Assembly: GCA_938091905.1 (NCBI GenBank)
Contig: CALKOM010000153.1
Coordinates: forward strand, 1 to 36,734
DNA: 36,734 nt
From: an uncultured Verrucomicrobiales bacterium
GTDB lineage: Bacteria; Verrucomicrobiota; Verrucomicrobiia; Verrucomicrobiales; DEV007
Direction of reading: 5' to 3'
Shown here: positions 25,791-35,485 of the stretch, in pieces
Layout: every line of letters begins with the position of its first letter
How positions within the stretch are numbered: the stretch's first letter is position 1
Program-made: the position numbers and the translations under genes
The notes under the pieces: generated by a model
Told to the model about the DNA's origin: nothing
The model's database searches: none
Seen by the model: only the letters and a program-made list of their open reading frames with translations

Positions 25791-26825
25791 TTACCGGACG
25801 GCACGATAGAGCCTTTGGAAAGGCAAACATCCCATCCGCCCGCTCCAGCCAATCATGGTCTGAGCGATAGAACCTAGGAGAAAAGGATGAAGCCGCGAGG
25901 CTATTTGGAGGCGCCGTTTGAAGCGATGGGCCAGGGAATGCTGAGAGGACTCGACTGTCGTTTGCCAGTCCGAAGAGCCTTTGGAATACGACTCCAAGTA
26001 GGGCAACACGCTTTCTGCAGCCTGGAAAGCCATCGCCATGCCATGCCCTGTGAATGGTGGAATTAGACTGTGGGCGTCGCCAATACGGCATCCTGGGGAT
26101 TCAGTATCGACGGGGCCGAAGGCGAGCGCGCTCACCCCCTGGAACGAATCAGGATCGATGTCGTGATTTCTCAGCCGAGAAGCCAAACCGGTAAGACCGC
26201 GTTTTTCAATGAGCTCAAGAAACATTTCAGAGCCTTTGGCTGTCGTAGTCGAGGCGTCGCGTATCAATCCGCACACATTCACACGCCCGGCTTCCACAGG
26301 GGTAAGGCCGACGTAGATCCCCCTGCCCAAATGCATTTCTAGGCCGTCCGTCATGGTCAAGTTGAGCGCATGCGCCTTCAGGCCGAGCCAGAGATGCCCC
26401 TTCGTTCGATGCCGACCGGCGGCCCAGACAAGACCGGGAACGTTTTCGTCGGGAACCCGCGATCTCGTAATCAGGCTACCGCCTGATTGTCGAAAGGATT
26501 CACTCAGCCTTTGATCTAGAAGAAAGCGGGAGATCCCAAGGGCCGGTTCAGGTAAAGTTCCCTGAAAAACCTGCTGATCGCGAACAAACCATGTCGTGCG
26601 TCGATGTTGCTGAGCTCCTTCCAGGACCCGTTCCAGTCCCAGCACACCGAGCGTGTCGTCCCCTAATCCACTGATAAACTCACCGCACACCCGATGCCGA
26701 GGGTAAGCACCGGCCTCGTGCAAGGCTACTGGAATGCCCCGTCGGCGCAGGCCTATACCCAAAGCGAGGCCGGCAAGACCACCGCCGGCGATCGTGATCT
26801 GCTTTTTTATGCCTGCCGCCTCCAT
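25791..26825 (-). CDS. FAD-dependent oxidoreductase/monooxygenase
   Basis: IAGGGLAG Rossmann motif, HRVCGEFIS and IGDAHSLIPPFTGHGMAMA. Confidence 0.88.
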   Translation of the reverse strand: MEAAGIKKQITIAGGGLAGLALGIGLRRRGIPVALHEAGAYPRHRVCGEFISGLGDDTLGVLGLERVLEGAQQHRRTTWFVRDQQVFQGTLPEPALGISRFLLDQRLSESFRQSGGSLITRSRVPDENVPGLVWAAGRHRTKGHLWLGLKAHALNLTMTDGLEMHLGRGIYVGLTPVEAGRVNVCGLIRDASTTTAKGSEMFLELIEKRGLTGLASRLRNHDIDPDSFQGVSALAFGPVDTESPGCRIGDAHSLIPPFTGHGMAMAFQAAESVLPYLESYSKGSSDWQTTVESSQHSLAHRFKRRLQIASRLHPFLLGSIAQTMIGWSGRMGCLPFQRLYRAVR

Positions 26826-27439
26826 GCCTCAAAACGATACGCTCCGAGCAGCGTCACCGCTTCCTGAATTTCCCAGTCTGATATGGAAAGATCGAGCAAG
26901 GACGGCAGTTCACCTCGATGAAACCCCGCTTTGATACTGACAAACATGTCATGACGGGTCACGCTATTAATAAATGGGCAAAGTGCCATTCCTAACAAAC
27001 GCGCATGAGGAACCCGCCAGGGTTCTGTGGCAAGGACTCCATGAAAGCCACCGACTAATTTCCGGAAGTTGTTCAATTCCGAGTTTTGAAAATGATGCCA
27101 AACGAGACAGCCGAGAAGGACATCACCCTCCAACTCGTCCACCACATCGCGCAGATCGACACGCAGCCAATTCACTTCGGATGAACAACTGGATGGCTTC
27201 GGTGCGAGATCGACCGCCGTCACTTTCCAACCGAGCTCCACTAACGCATTGGCCAGTTGACCATCACCCGAACCAAGCTCCACTACCTGTCCGGGTAGCC
27301 GATTGCCCAGGCTTCCAATGACCCAAGCATGATTACCCATGAGTGCATTGATACGCTGCAAGTCCTGCCGCGATCGCGACGCCTCAGGAGCGTCAGCAGG
27401 CAGGGAGTCGAGCTTCTCTGGAACGACACGTCTGCCCAT
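26807..27439 (-). CDS. Class I SAM-dependent methyltransferase
   Basis: VVELGSGDG motif I, AVDLAP, LVWHHF and TRHDMFVSIKAGF. Overlaps the downstream oxidoreductase gene. Confidence 0.85.
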   Translation of the reverse strand: MGRRVVPEKLDSLPADAPEASRSRQDLQRINALMGNHAWVIGSLGNRLPGQVVELGSGDGQLANALVELGWKVTAVDLAPKPSSCSSEVNWLRVDLRDVVDELEGDVLLGCLVWHHFQNSELNNFRKLVGGFHGVLATEPWRVPHARLLGMALCPFINSVTRHDMFVSIKAGFHRGELPSLLDLSISDWEIQEAVTLLGAYRFEAWRRQA

Positions 27440-27450
27440 AATTACCCCCT

Positions 27451-28326
27451 CTAAAGCTGCTGGTCGTCCAGTTCAAGGGGTGAATGGGCGACCGGATCGC
27501 CTTATTTGAGCCCCATCGTGAACCACCGAATGCGCTGTTCCGAGCTCCCGTGAGTGAAATTTTCGGGCACGACACGTCCCGGCGCCTTCCGCTGGATCGT
27601 GTCATCGCCGACCGCCATGGCTGCCCGGATGCCTTCCTCGATGTCCCCGCATTGGAGCACATCAAACTGCCGCTGAGTGTGGTGAGCCCACACGCCGGCC
27701 AAGTAGTCGGCCTGCAATTCTTGTTTCACCGAGAGACGATTGTAAGCCTCCTTGGAAAGCCGTTGCCTCTGAGACTGCACCTGATTAGAGATGCCTAACG
27801 GATTCTGAATATGGTGTCCGACTTCGTGGGCAATCACATAAGCCTGCGCGAAGTTACCTGGTGCATCAAACTTTTCCTCCAGCTCATTGAAGAAACTTAG
27901 GTCAATGTAAACCTGGTTATCTCCGGGGCAATAGAAGGGACCCATCCCGGCTTGGCCCGTGCCGCAAGCCGTTGGCGTGACACCAGAGAAGAGCACGAGT
28001 ATGGGCTCTTCATACTGTGGCCTGGATCCACGATACTTGAGCGCCATTTGCGGGTAAATGTTCTTCCAAACATCTTCAGTGTATGCTAGAACGACTCTAG
28101 TGAACGCCGCCAACTCTTGCTCTTCCGGCGTGGGTTCGTAAGCAAGCTGCTGTTGCTGACGCTGCATGGTCTCTTGGACCACCTGCTGAACTGGCTTCTT
28201 TTGAGTGAAGATCGCGAACAAGGCCATCAAGAGGACCATGATGCCTCCTCACATCACGCTCTTACCACCACGTTTCCCACGTCGATCAACGACGTTCTGG
28301 CTTTGACGAGCGTTCTTCCATCGCAT
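27451..28326 (-). pseudogene. YpfJ-like neutral zinc metallopeptidase with two in-frame nonsense codons
   Basis: MRWKNARQSQNVVDRRG...VM*(TGA 28249-28251)GGIMVLL...GPFYCPGD...AHEVGHH...ELQAD...FTHGSSEQR.RWF.MGLK*(TAA 27502-27504)GDPVAH...*, all in one frame. Confidence 0.82.
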
Positions 28327-28582
28327 GATCGCCATTCTCCTAGGGAGCAACCGGATGTCCAGCCGAACTCGAAGGCGACCAACCACAAGCATCGATTCCG
28401 ATGCAAGATTTTGAGTGAGAACGCCCAAGCCTTTCTCGTTCAGGACAAACCCAAAACACTCATTTCGTATGCTCGGTGACTTCCGTTGTTCAATCAACTG
28501 ATCGGATCTCTCTTCTGCCTCTATCCACAATAGTGCTTCCCCTGCCTGGACGAAGGTTTACGATCTCGCTTACCCTGTCGTC

Positions 28583-31500
28583 GTGCACCACTTCATCTCG
28601 ATCCTTCTCATCACCACGGCCAGCCTCAAGGCGCAGAACTGGCAGCCGATCGAGGTCCCTGGCAGTTGGGAATCCGAGGTCGGGGATTACGATGGCTTTG
28701 CCTGGTATCGCTGTGCCGTTGAGATTCCCGAATCGTGGCGTGGGAGCCGCCTTCTCCTCAGTGTGAATGCGGTCGATGATGTGGACGAAGCCTACTTCAA
28801 TGGTGAGAAGGTCGGGGCCAATGGTGGCCTTCCGCCTCTCTACGCCAAACCGTCCAGCGACGTGCGCCGACCCGCCGTAATCGATCCGGACATGATCCGG
28901 TTTGGCGAATCCAACCTCGTGGCGTTCCGAGTCTACGATCACGGCGGCCAAGGTGGACTGCTCAAAGGGCCCATACAATTAGGCCGGTTGGAAGACGCGA
29001 TCGATCTCAGTGGCACCTGGGATTTTATCAAAGGGGATCAGAAAGAACACGCCCAATGGCCTGAAGATCGAACCCTGGCCTATCAGAAACGTCAAGTGGA
29101 GCAGCCGGCTGGCCACCTAGGGATTGTCCCAGCCGACACCGATGGTCGCGATCGAGACATGGCGCTCGTGCGTAAACGCTTCGAAGGCAATAAGAACGTC
29201 CACTCAAACATTGAAGGCAAAGGTGACCCACTTCCACCTGTCGACGCTCTTGCCGCCCTCAAGCCTGGCGACGATTTTATTATCGAAACTGTCCTCACGG
29301 AACCTACCATCACTCAGCCCCTCTATACCGAGTTCGACGAGCGCGGACGTCTCTGGGTTTCGGAATACATCCAGTATCCACAACCTGCTGGACTTCAGGT
29401 GCTTACCTGGGACAATCACCTTCGATCTATCTTCGACGCCGTCCCACCTCCCCCACCCTACGAGAAGCCCGAGCACCAGAAATTCATCGGTCGAGATCGC
29501 ATCTCGATCCATGAAGATACCGATGGCGACGGCACCTTTGATTCTCACAAAGTCTTCGCCGATGGCCTCAACATCGTGACCTCCACCTGCCAAGGAAATG
29601 GTGGTGTCTGGGTCATGAACCCACCCTACCTCCTCTTCTTTCCTGACGAGAATCAAGATGATATTCCTGACAAATCGCCTATTGTGCATCTATCAGGCTT
29701 CGGATTGGAAGACACGCATTCGGTCGCCAACTCCCTCAAATGGGGACCGGATGGTTGGCTTTACGGATGCACCGGAAGCACAGTGACGGCGCGTATCCGG
29801 GTCACGGCGAAGCCCGAGCAGGCCCCCCTAGCGTTTTTCGGTCAGAACATCTGGCGTTATCATCCAAAGACTTATGCATTCGAGCTCTTTGCCGAAGGTG
29901 GCTGGAATACCTTCGGGGTCGACTTTGATGCCGAGGGCCGCCTCTACTCCGGTACCAATGGCGGTATGCAAGCCGTCTACTTTGTCCAGGGCGGCTTCTA
30001 CCAGAAAGGCTTTGGAAAACATGGCCCTCACACAAACCCCCATGCCTTCGATTACTTTTACGGCATCCCCATCGAGGGCAAGCAGCCGCGCCTCGTGAAT
30101 CAATGGGTTCCCTACGCAGGAGGGGCCTTTCCTGGCCATGAAGGCCACTTCTTTGGGGTCAATTGCTTGGCGAACGAACTCGCCATTCTCGCTCTGGAAC
30201 CGGATGGCAGCACCTTCCGCAGCACGGTCTTGCCAGCAGCCATCACCACAAAAGACATCTGGTTCCGCCCCGTTCACGCAACAACCGGGCCGGATGGGGC
30301 TCTCTACATTGCCGATTTTTACGATGCCCGCATTACCCACGTTGACCCCCGCGATAATTGGGACCGGGACCACGGTCGCCTCTACCGTCTTCGTCATCGC
30401 GAAGGGAAACGTTATTCCCAAGCCAATCTCTCGGAAGCCACTACCCAAGCGCTCGTCTCTTATCTTGACCACCCCAACAAATGGCATCGATGGACAGCAA
30501 GGCGTTTGTTAGTAAAACGAAACGATCCTACCATTATCCCCGTTCTTAAGAGAACCCTCAAGCTTGATCACCTGTGGACCCTCCACTTACTGGGAGGCCT
30601 CGACGAACTGACTGCTCTAGCTGCTCTTCAACATGAGGATGTCCACGTTCGTCTTTGGACCCTGCGCCTTCTAGCCGATCGCGGCCAACCCGTCTCGCCG
30701 CAGCTCTACGAAGTCATTCACAGTCTTGCCCGTAGTTCTGCCCCACAATTCATTTCCCAACTCGCGGCCTCTCTACAGCGCCTGCCCACCCATCAAGCGC
30801 TACCGCTACTCACTCAAATCCTTCTTACTGAACAGTTTACGAGCGATACCTACATCCCCTCACAGCTTTGGTGGGCCTTGGAAACCCATGCCACGCAATC
30901 GCCAGAATCGGTCCTCTCCTGGCTAGCTGACACCTCACTCTGGCAAACACCCATTGTCGAAACCAAGCTCGCCACCCTGCTCGCGCGCCGCCTCGCGTCG
31001 GACCCTTCCGAAGCTAATCTCAATCGCTTAGGTATACTGTTAGATATGGCGCCCGATGCCATGATCCCAATTCTTGTGCGCGGGATCGATCTCGGTTTGC
31101 AAGGCATCACCCTAACGATCATTCCTGAAACGCTTGACCTTGCCTTGGCCAAAGCTTCAGCAGCAAATCCCCAGAGTCTCGAGCTACTTCTCTTCGGGCT
31201 ACGGCTCAATAGTCACGGCGCCCGCGAAACCGCTCTAGGACGAATTCAAAGTCCAGGCAAAGGCCGCTTACAACTCATCAGCGCACTTGGCGAGTCCCCT
31301 ACCCCAGAACTTATCCAAACATTCCTGACCCTGGCCGAGAAGGACTCGGATCCCAATGTGCAACGCGCGGCAATCCACGCGCTTCAACGAGCAGAGGATG
31401 CCACGATCCCTCTACGACTCCTCAAGATCCAAGATGAGGCGCTCCTACCAAACATTCTTACAGTGCTCTCTGGCCGCCCCTCTTGGGCTCAATACATTCT

Positions 31501-32143
31501 CGAGGCTCTCGAAAACAAGAGTCTCTCCATCGATGCTCTGAGTATTGATCAGGCCCTCGTTATTAAAGGACATGGCGACGGATCGCTCACTGAGCGATTG
31601 GCCAAGCTCACCGCCAAGCCTTTGCCCAGTGCGGACAGACAAACCAAGATCCGGGCGACCCTAGCCCTTCTCAATCAGGAAGAAGCCAAAGGCGAGCTCA
31701 AAGCAGGCGCCACAGTCTTCAGCCAGTTCTGCGGTGCTTGTCACCAGCTTTTCGACCAAGGGGCTCGCATCGGCCCCGACCTTACGGGCTACGACCGTAG
31801 CAACCGCGAATTCCTTGTCACCGCCATCATCGATCCCAACTTGGGGGTGCGCGAAGAATACGAACTCACCGCGATCACCCTCCGTCCTACTGCCGAAGGA
31901 GCCGAATCCACCGTTGTCTCTGGATTCGTCCGAGCCCTCACCGCTACTCAACTTACGCTCCAAGACCTCACCGGGCACACCACGACGCTGGCTACGCGCG
32001 ACATCCTCAAGAAGGAAAACGCCTCCACCTCGCTCATGCCAGAGGGCATTCTGGACACGCTCACGGAAACTCAGATCCACGACCTCTTTGCCTACCTCCA
32101 ATCGAAGCCCGCTCCTTCGGCCACTTTACAACCAGTAGAGTAG
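28583..32143 (+). CDS. PVC-type heme-binding CxxCH protein with N-terminal sugar-binding domain and dehydrogenase-like beta-propeller
   Basis: Signal peptide; YDGFAWYR...VDDVDEAYFNG (GH2-N-like); FDERGRLWV...WGPDGWLYG...GPDGALYIADFYD; HEAT repeats; CGACH...GPDLTG...SLMPEG. Confidence 0.88.
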   Translation: MHHFISILLITTASLKAQNWQPIEVPGSWESEVGDYDGFAWYRCAVEIPESWRGSRLLLSVNAVDDVDEAYFNGEKVGANGGLPPLYAKPSSDVRRPAVIDPDMIRFGESNLVAFRVYDHGGQGGLLKGPIQLGRLEDAIDLSGTWDFIKGDQKEHAQWPEDRTLAYQKRQVEQPAGHLGIVPADTDGRDRDMALVRKRFEGNKNVHSNIEGKGDPLPPVDALAALKPGDDFIIETVLTEPTITQPLYTEFDERGRLWVSEYIQYPQPAGLQVLTWDNHLRSIFDAVPPPPPYEKPEHQKFIGRDRISIHEDTDGDGTFDSHKVFADGLNIVTSTCQGNGGVWVMNPPYLLFFPDENQDDIPDKSPIVHLSGFGLEDTHSVANSLKWGPDGWLYGCTGSTVTARIRVTAKPEQAPLAFFGQNIWRYHPKTYAFELFAEGGWNTFGVDFDAEGRLYSGTNGGMQAVYFVQGGFYQKGFGKHGPHTNPHAFDYFYGIPIEGKQPRLVNQWVPYAGGAFPGHEGHFFGVNCLANELAILALEPDGSTFRSTVLPAAITTKDIWFRPVHATTGPDGALYIADFYDARITHVDPRDNWDRDHGRLYRLRHREGKRYSQANLSEATTQALVSYLDHPNKWHRWTARRLLVKRNDPTIIPVLKRTLKLDHLWTLHLLGGLDELTALAALQHEDVHVRLWTLRLLADRGQPVSPQLYEVIHSLARSSAPQFISQLAASLQRLPTHQALPLLTQILLTEQFTSDTYIPSQLWWALETHATQSPESVLSWLADTSLWQTPIVETKLATLLARRLASDPSEANLNRLGILLDMAPDAMIPILVRGIDLGLQGITLTIIPETLDLALAKASAANPQSLELLLFGLRLNSHGARETALGRIQSPGKGRLQLISALGESPTPELIQTFLTLAEKDSDPNVQRAAIHALQRAEDATIPLRLLKIQDEALLPNILTVLSGRPSWAQYILEALENKSLSIDALSIDQALVIKGHGDGSLTERLAKLTAKPLPSADRQTKIRATLALLNQEEAKGELKAGATVFSQFCGACHQLFDQGARIGPDLTGYDRSNREFLVTAIIDPNLGVREEYELTAITLRPTAEGAESTVVSGFVRALTATQLTLQDLTGHTTTLATRDILKKENASTSLMPEGILDTLTETQIHDLFAYLQSKPAPSATLQPVE

Positions 32144-32214
32144 CCTTATTCTCTTGTTCGGGTTCACGCCGTCCATCTTGCTATGAACGTCTCGGCCCGC
32201 CCTGTTGGTCCTGG

Positions 32215-32830
32215 TCAAGGTGTTCGCAGCTTTGCCAGTAGAGCTTTTGCAGCGGCTAGATTTGCAATTTCGGCGCGGTACTTAAGAGGTAGATCGGGTT
32301 GTTCTATCGCATTAATATCTTGCTTGAGGTGACAGTAAACCACGGCCAGGTGATGGCGGGAATAGGGGCGTCCGCCACCCTCCTCCACGGCGGCTTCCGC
32401 CATTTCCACAAAACGTTTGTAGGAGCGACTGAACTTCAATGCCCATCCTGCTGTGTCCCATAACGACGGGTTATCTGGAGCTCTTTGACGGCTCGCCTTG
32501 AGAGTGCGACAGCGCGAGCGACTTCATGGGCACCTGGCGAAATTGTTTAAGGCACCGACGTGTTTCGGTGCTTTCACAACTTAATCTTTGAAGAGTTGGG
32601 TCGTTTTCTTAATGTCCCCGGTTTCTTCGATCAACGTCGCTAGGTAGAAGTGGACGTCGACACTGTTTGGTCCCAATTTAAATTCGGGCGTTCGCATTGC
32701 TGGAACTGCGAAGTCCTTCATCGATCTTTAGAGCCTCTTCCGGCCGTTGTTGAGTCTGGTAGCCTGTTGCCAACCGATTCTTGATGCCCACGGGGTGGTC
32801 GTTATTCTGAATGGCCTTCTAACGGTGTGC
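32215..32830 (-). pseudogene. Degraded TPR protein gene
   Basis: Fragments in different frames: GPNSVDVHFYLATLIEETGDIKKTTQLFKD*, LNNFAR, ARAVALSRRAV, APDNPSLWDTAGWAL...RHHLAVVY...AKALLAKL. The 5' boundary is approximate. Confidence 0.65.
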
Positions 32831-32877
32831 CGACTTGCCGCATGACTTGATGGCCCTACCGTGTTAGGCTCCCCTTC

Positions 32878-33336
32878 ATGGTTGCGTGGCCTCAGGTTCT
32901 TCTCGTCGTTTCATTGACCTCCTTTGGTGCGCTACGGGCACAGACGGTCCCAGTCACGCCGGCGACACCAACCGAGTTCAAGAAACGCGATCTGGGTGGC
33001 TCTCTTGGGAGTGGCGTGGTTGGTATCAAACGCGCGAAGACCAAGCCGGTCGTCATCTCTTATGTCGCCGTTACAAAAGCGCGCGCCTTTGTGAGTAAAG
33101 AAGGCAAGTCTATCACGGCTCAACTGGTTGCCTTCGAGGAAGGCGATCCCGCCAAGTTGAAGCGACCGTTGACGCTAATCAAGGAAGGGCAAATTCGTTT
33201 GTTAGTGAACGGGCGCGGGAAAGCTAGTGTCCTTCCGTTGACAAAGCTGAGTGAAGACGATCAGGCCTTTGTCAAGGCTGTTGACGAGGCTAACCAAGCG
33301 GTAGCCAAAAGGAAGCCTGAGCCTGCGAAACCCTAG
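32878..33336 (+). CDS. Small secreted protein with SHD1-like domain
   Basis: Signal peptide (LRA/Q) and the pattern RAFVSKEGKSITAQLV...VLPLTKLSEDDQAFV. Confidence 0.7.
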   Translation: MVAWPQVLLVVSLTSFGALRAQTVPVTPATPTEFKKRDLGGSLGSGVVGIKRAKTKPVVISYVAVTKARAFVSKEGKSITAQLVAFEEGDPAKLKRPLTLIKEGQIRLLVNGRGKASVLPLTKLSEDDQAFVKAVDEANQAVAKRKPEPAKP

Positions 33337-33428
33337 GCGCGTGTGCCAGATCTGAGTGGCCCACAAGCGCTGTCACGTAACCGAGGCAACCCGGTTGGCC
33401 GGCACCTAGGCACCCGATCTGGAGGTCA

Positions 33429-34030
33429 CTACGACTCGAAACGGAAGTCATGGTAAGGGTCTTGCGCTTCGACCCAGAAGCCATCGCCATCGGGCTTGTA
33501 AAGCATGGGCCGATCGTTCAAAGGGTCCCGCGGCCTAGAAGGCAATTCGGAGAGTGTTCTGGGCTAGTGCCCAGTTTTGAGGGGGCACTAGGCGAGCTGA
33601 ATCACTGCTTGGTAAGCGGCGAGTTGGCGCGCGGACTCCAGACGCGCAGCGCCGAGGCCGCTTTGTTTTAAGGCCGAATCGTTAGCCTTCCATCCGGTCC
33701 GTGGTGCCTTTGATTGGGCGTTGTATGAATCCTTCCATTGCTCGAAATGAACGCCCACTGCCGTGTCGGCCGGTTCGAACGTCTTCCAAAGTGTTGGCAC
33801 CGTTTTCCCTCCGCAACTGGTGGCGTGCCAGCTGGAGAAGAAAGGCGGGATCATGGGCGACCTTCTTCGAACAAGCGGTGCACTTTGAACGCTGAGCAGA
33901 CCGTTCCTCAACGACGCCTTGGGTAGCTGTTCCTGATCGCGTCCTGTTCAAGAGAAAGCCAGAACGGGTCCACGCGTGGGCCTCATAGACGCGGTCAAGA
34001 ATACTTATCATCCCAAAGGACGTCACCGAT
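33429..34030 (-). pseudogene. Degraded PVC-type hypothetical protein gene
   Basis: ORF 33588-33911 continues in frame through two TAGs: QLA*CPLKTGH*PRTLSELPSRPRDPLNDRPMLYKPDGDGFWVE, resembling the common PVC G.YP..L..L...P.DP...P..Y...GF C-terminal motif. The 5' boundary is approximate. Confidence 0.55.
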
Positions 34031-34184
34031 CAGGAGGTTTGTCAGTTTTTGGGGCATTTGGGCAATTGGGCAATTGATATCGAAGGGAATCGGAAAGCCT
34101 GAAAGCTGCTATGGCCTGTAAGGCGACGAACGGGCCTTCAGGCGATTGGCTTGCGTTCGGTGACAAGCCATCACATTTTCGGAA

Positions 34185-35423
34185 ATGAAGAACTTTGGAA
34201 TTCTACTTTTAACGTTCTGCGGTGTCACCCTTGGTTGGGCAACAGACTGGCCTCACTTCCGTGGGCCTGGTGGACAAGGCCACGCAGAAGGCGTCGACGT
34301 GCCCCTCCGCTGGAGCGCTGAGAACGCAGTGGCTTGGAAGGTGAAGGTTCTCGGCAAGGGTTGGTCCTCACCCGTGGTGGTTGGAGATCGCGTGTTTGTC
34401 ACCACCGCGGTTGACTCTGGGAAGGGATTGTCATTGCGAGCGATCGCCCTTGGCTTGGCGGACGGGAAGAACGTCTGGGATAAAGAGATCGTCGGGAAGC
34501 CGGACGCGGGTGATTTCCACAAAAAGAACAGCCATGCTTCTCCCACGCCGGTGGTCGAAGATGGGCGGCTCTATGTTCACTTTGGGCACCATGGCACGGC
34601 CTGCCTCGAGGTTAGAGATGGCTCATTGCTGTGGAAACAAGACTCGTTGGCTTACCCACCGCTTCATGGGAATGGAGGCTCACCGATCGTCTTCGAGGAC
34701 AAGCTCATCTTCTCCTGCGATGGCACAAAGAGCCCCTTTATCGTCGCCTTGGATAAGTCGAACGGAAAGGTGGTTTGGAAGACGGACCGTGATGTGAAAG
34801 TGTCCCGAACGTTCTCGTTTAGCACACCGCTAGCCATTGAGGTTGACGGCCGGTGGCAAATTGTCAGTCCCGCCTCCGGGGCGGTGATTGCTTATGATCC
34901 TGACAATGGCAAAGAAATCTGGCGCAGCCTTTATGGGGAAGGCTATTCGGTCGTGCCCCGACCCCTTTATGCCCACGGCTTAGTCTACGTTTGTTCTGGT
35001 TTCGGAACCGCGAGCTTGTATGCCATCGATCCCACGGGAAAAGGTGACGTGACGTCGTCACATGTCCGGTGGGAAATAGGCAAACGCATCCCTCGAGAAA
35101 GCACGCCGATTATCGTGGGCGACCATGTTTACGTGAACGACGACAAGGGAATCGTCAGCTGCCTTGAAGCGACATCCGGGCAGCAAGTTTGGCAGCAACG
35201 GATTGATGGAGGAGGGGGGTATTCTGCGTCCCCTGTCTACGCCTCCGGGCATCTCTTCTTTCACAATGGCGATGGCGTCACGACCGTGATCAAACCAGGC
35301 ACAACGTTTCAGCAAGTTGCCGAGAACAAGATCGGCGAGTATGGTCTGTCCTCCTTCGCGGTGGTTGATGATGGCTTTGTCGTTCGGACCGAGTCCAGCT
35401 TGCTTCGGTTGAAGAAAGACTAG
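34185..35423 (+). CDS. PQQ-binding-like beta-propeller repeat protein (BamB-like, PVC type)
   Basis: Signal peptide, DWPHFRGP, G.SSPVVVGDRVFVT, repeated LD..G...W units and YSASPV. Confidence 0.88.
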   Translation: MKNFGILLLTFCGVTLGWATDWPHFRGPGGQGHAEGVDVPLRWSAENAVAWKVKVLGKGWSSPVVVGDRVFVTTAVDSGKGLSLRAIALGLADGKNVWDKEIVGKPDAGDFHKKNSHASPTPVVEDGRLYVHFGHHGTACLEVRDGSLLWKQDSLAYPPLHGNGGSPIVFEDKLIFSCDGTKSPFIVALDKSNGKVVWKTDRDVKVSRTFSFSTPLAIEVDGRWQIVSPASGAVIAYDPDNGKEIWRSLYGEGYSVVPRPLYAHGLVYVCSGFGTASLYAIDPTGKGDVTSSHVRWEIGKRIPRESTPIIVGDHVYVNDDKGIVSCLEATSGQQVWQQRIDGGGGYSASPVYASGHLFFHNGDGVTTVIKPGTTFQQVAENKIGEYGLSSFAVVDDGFVVRTESSLLRLKKD

Positions 35424-35485
35424 CGGTTGCGCTATGACCTTGGCGATATTACAAACGTCCTGTACGACCTTCTCGGTAGCTGATT

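Noticed and set aside
28249..28251. Stop-codon reassignment (UGA=Gly, or TAG readthrough at 33564-33590)
   Set aside because: TGA and TAG terminate many intact genes here (TGA at 1368, 6630, 8178, 13008; TAG at 2887, 16031, 24249), and conserved genes have no internal stops. Nonsense mutation is the simpler explanation.
29828..30487. Long antisense ORFs (also 14144-14698, 15285-15839, 16590-17153)
   Set aside because: They are shadows of well-supported genes on the opposite strand and have no recognisable motifs.
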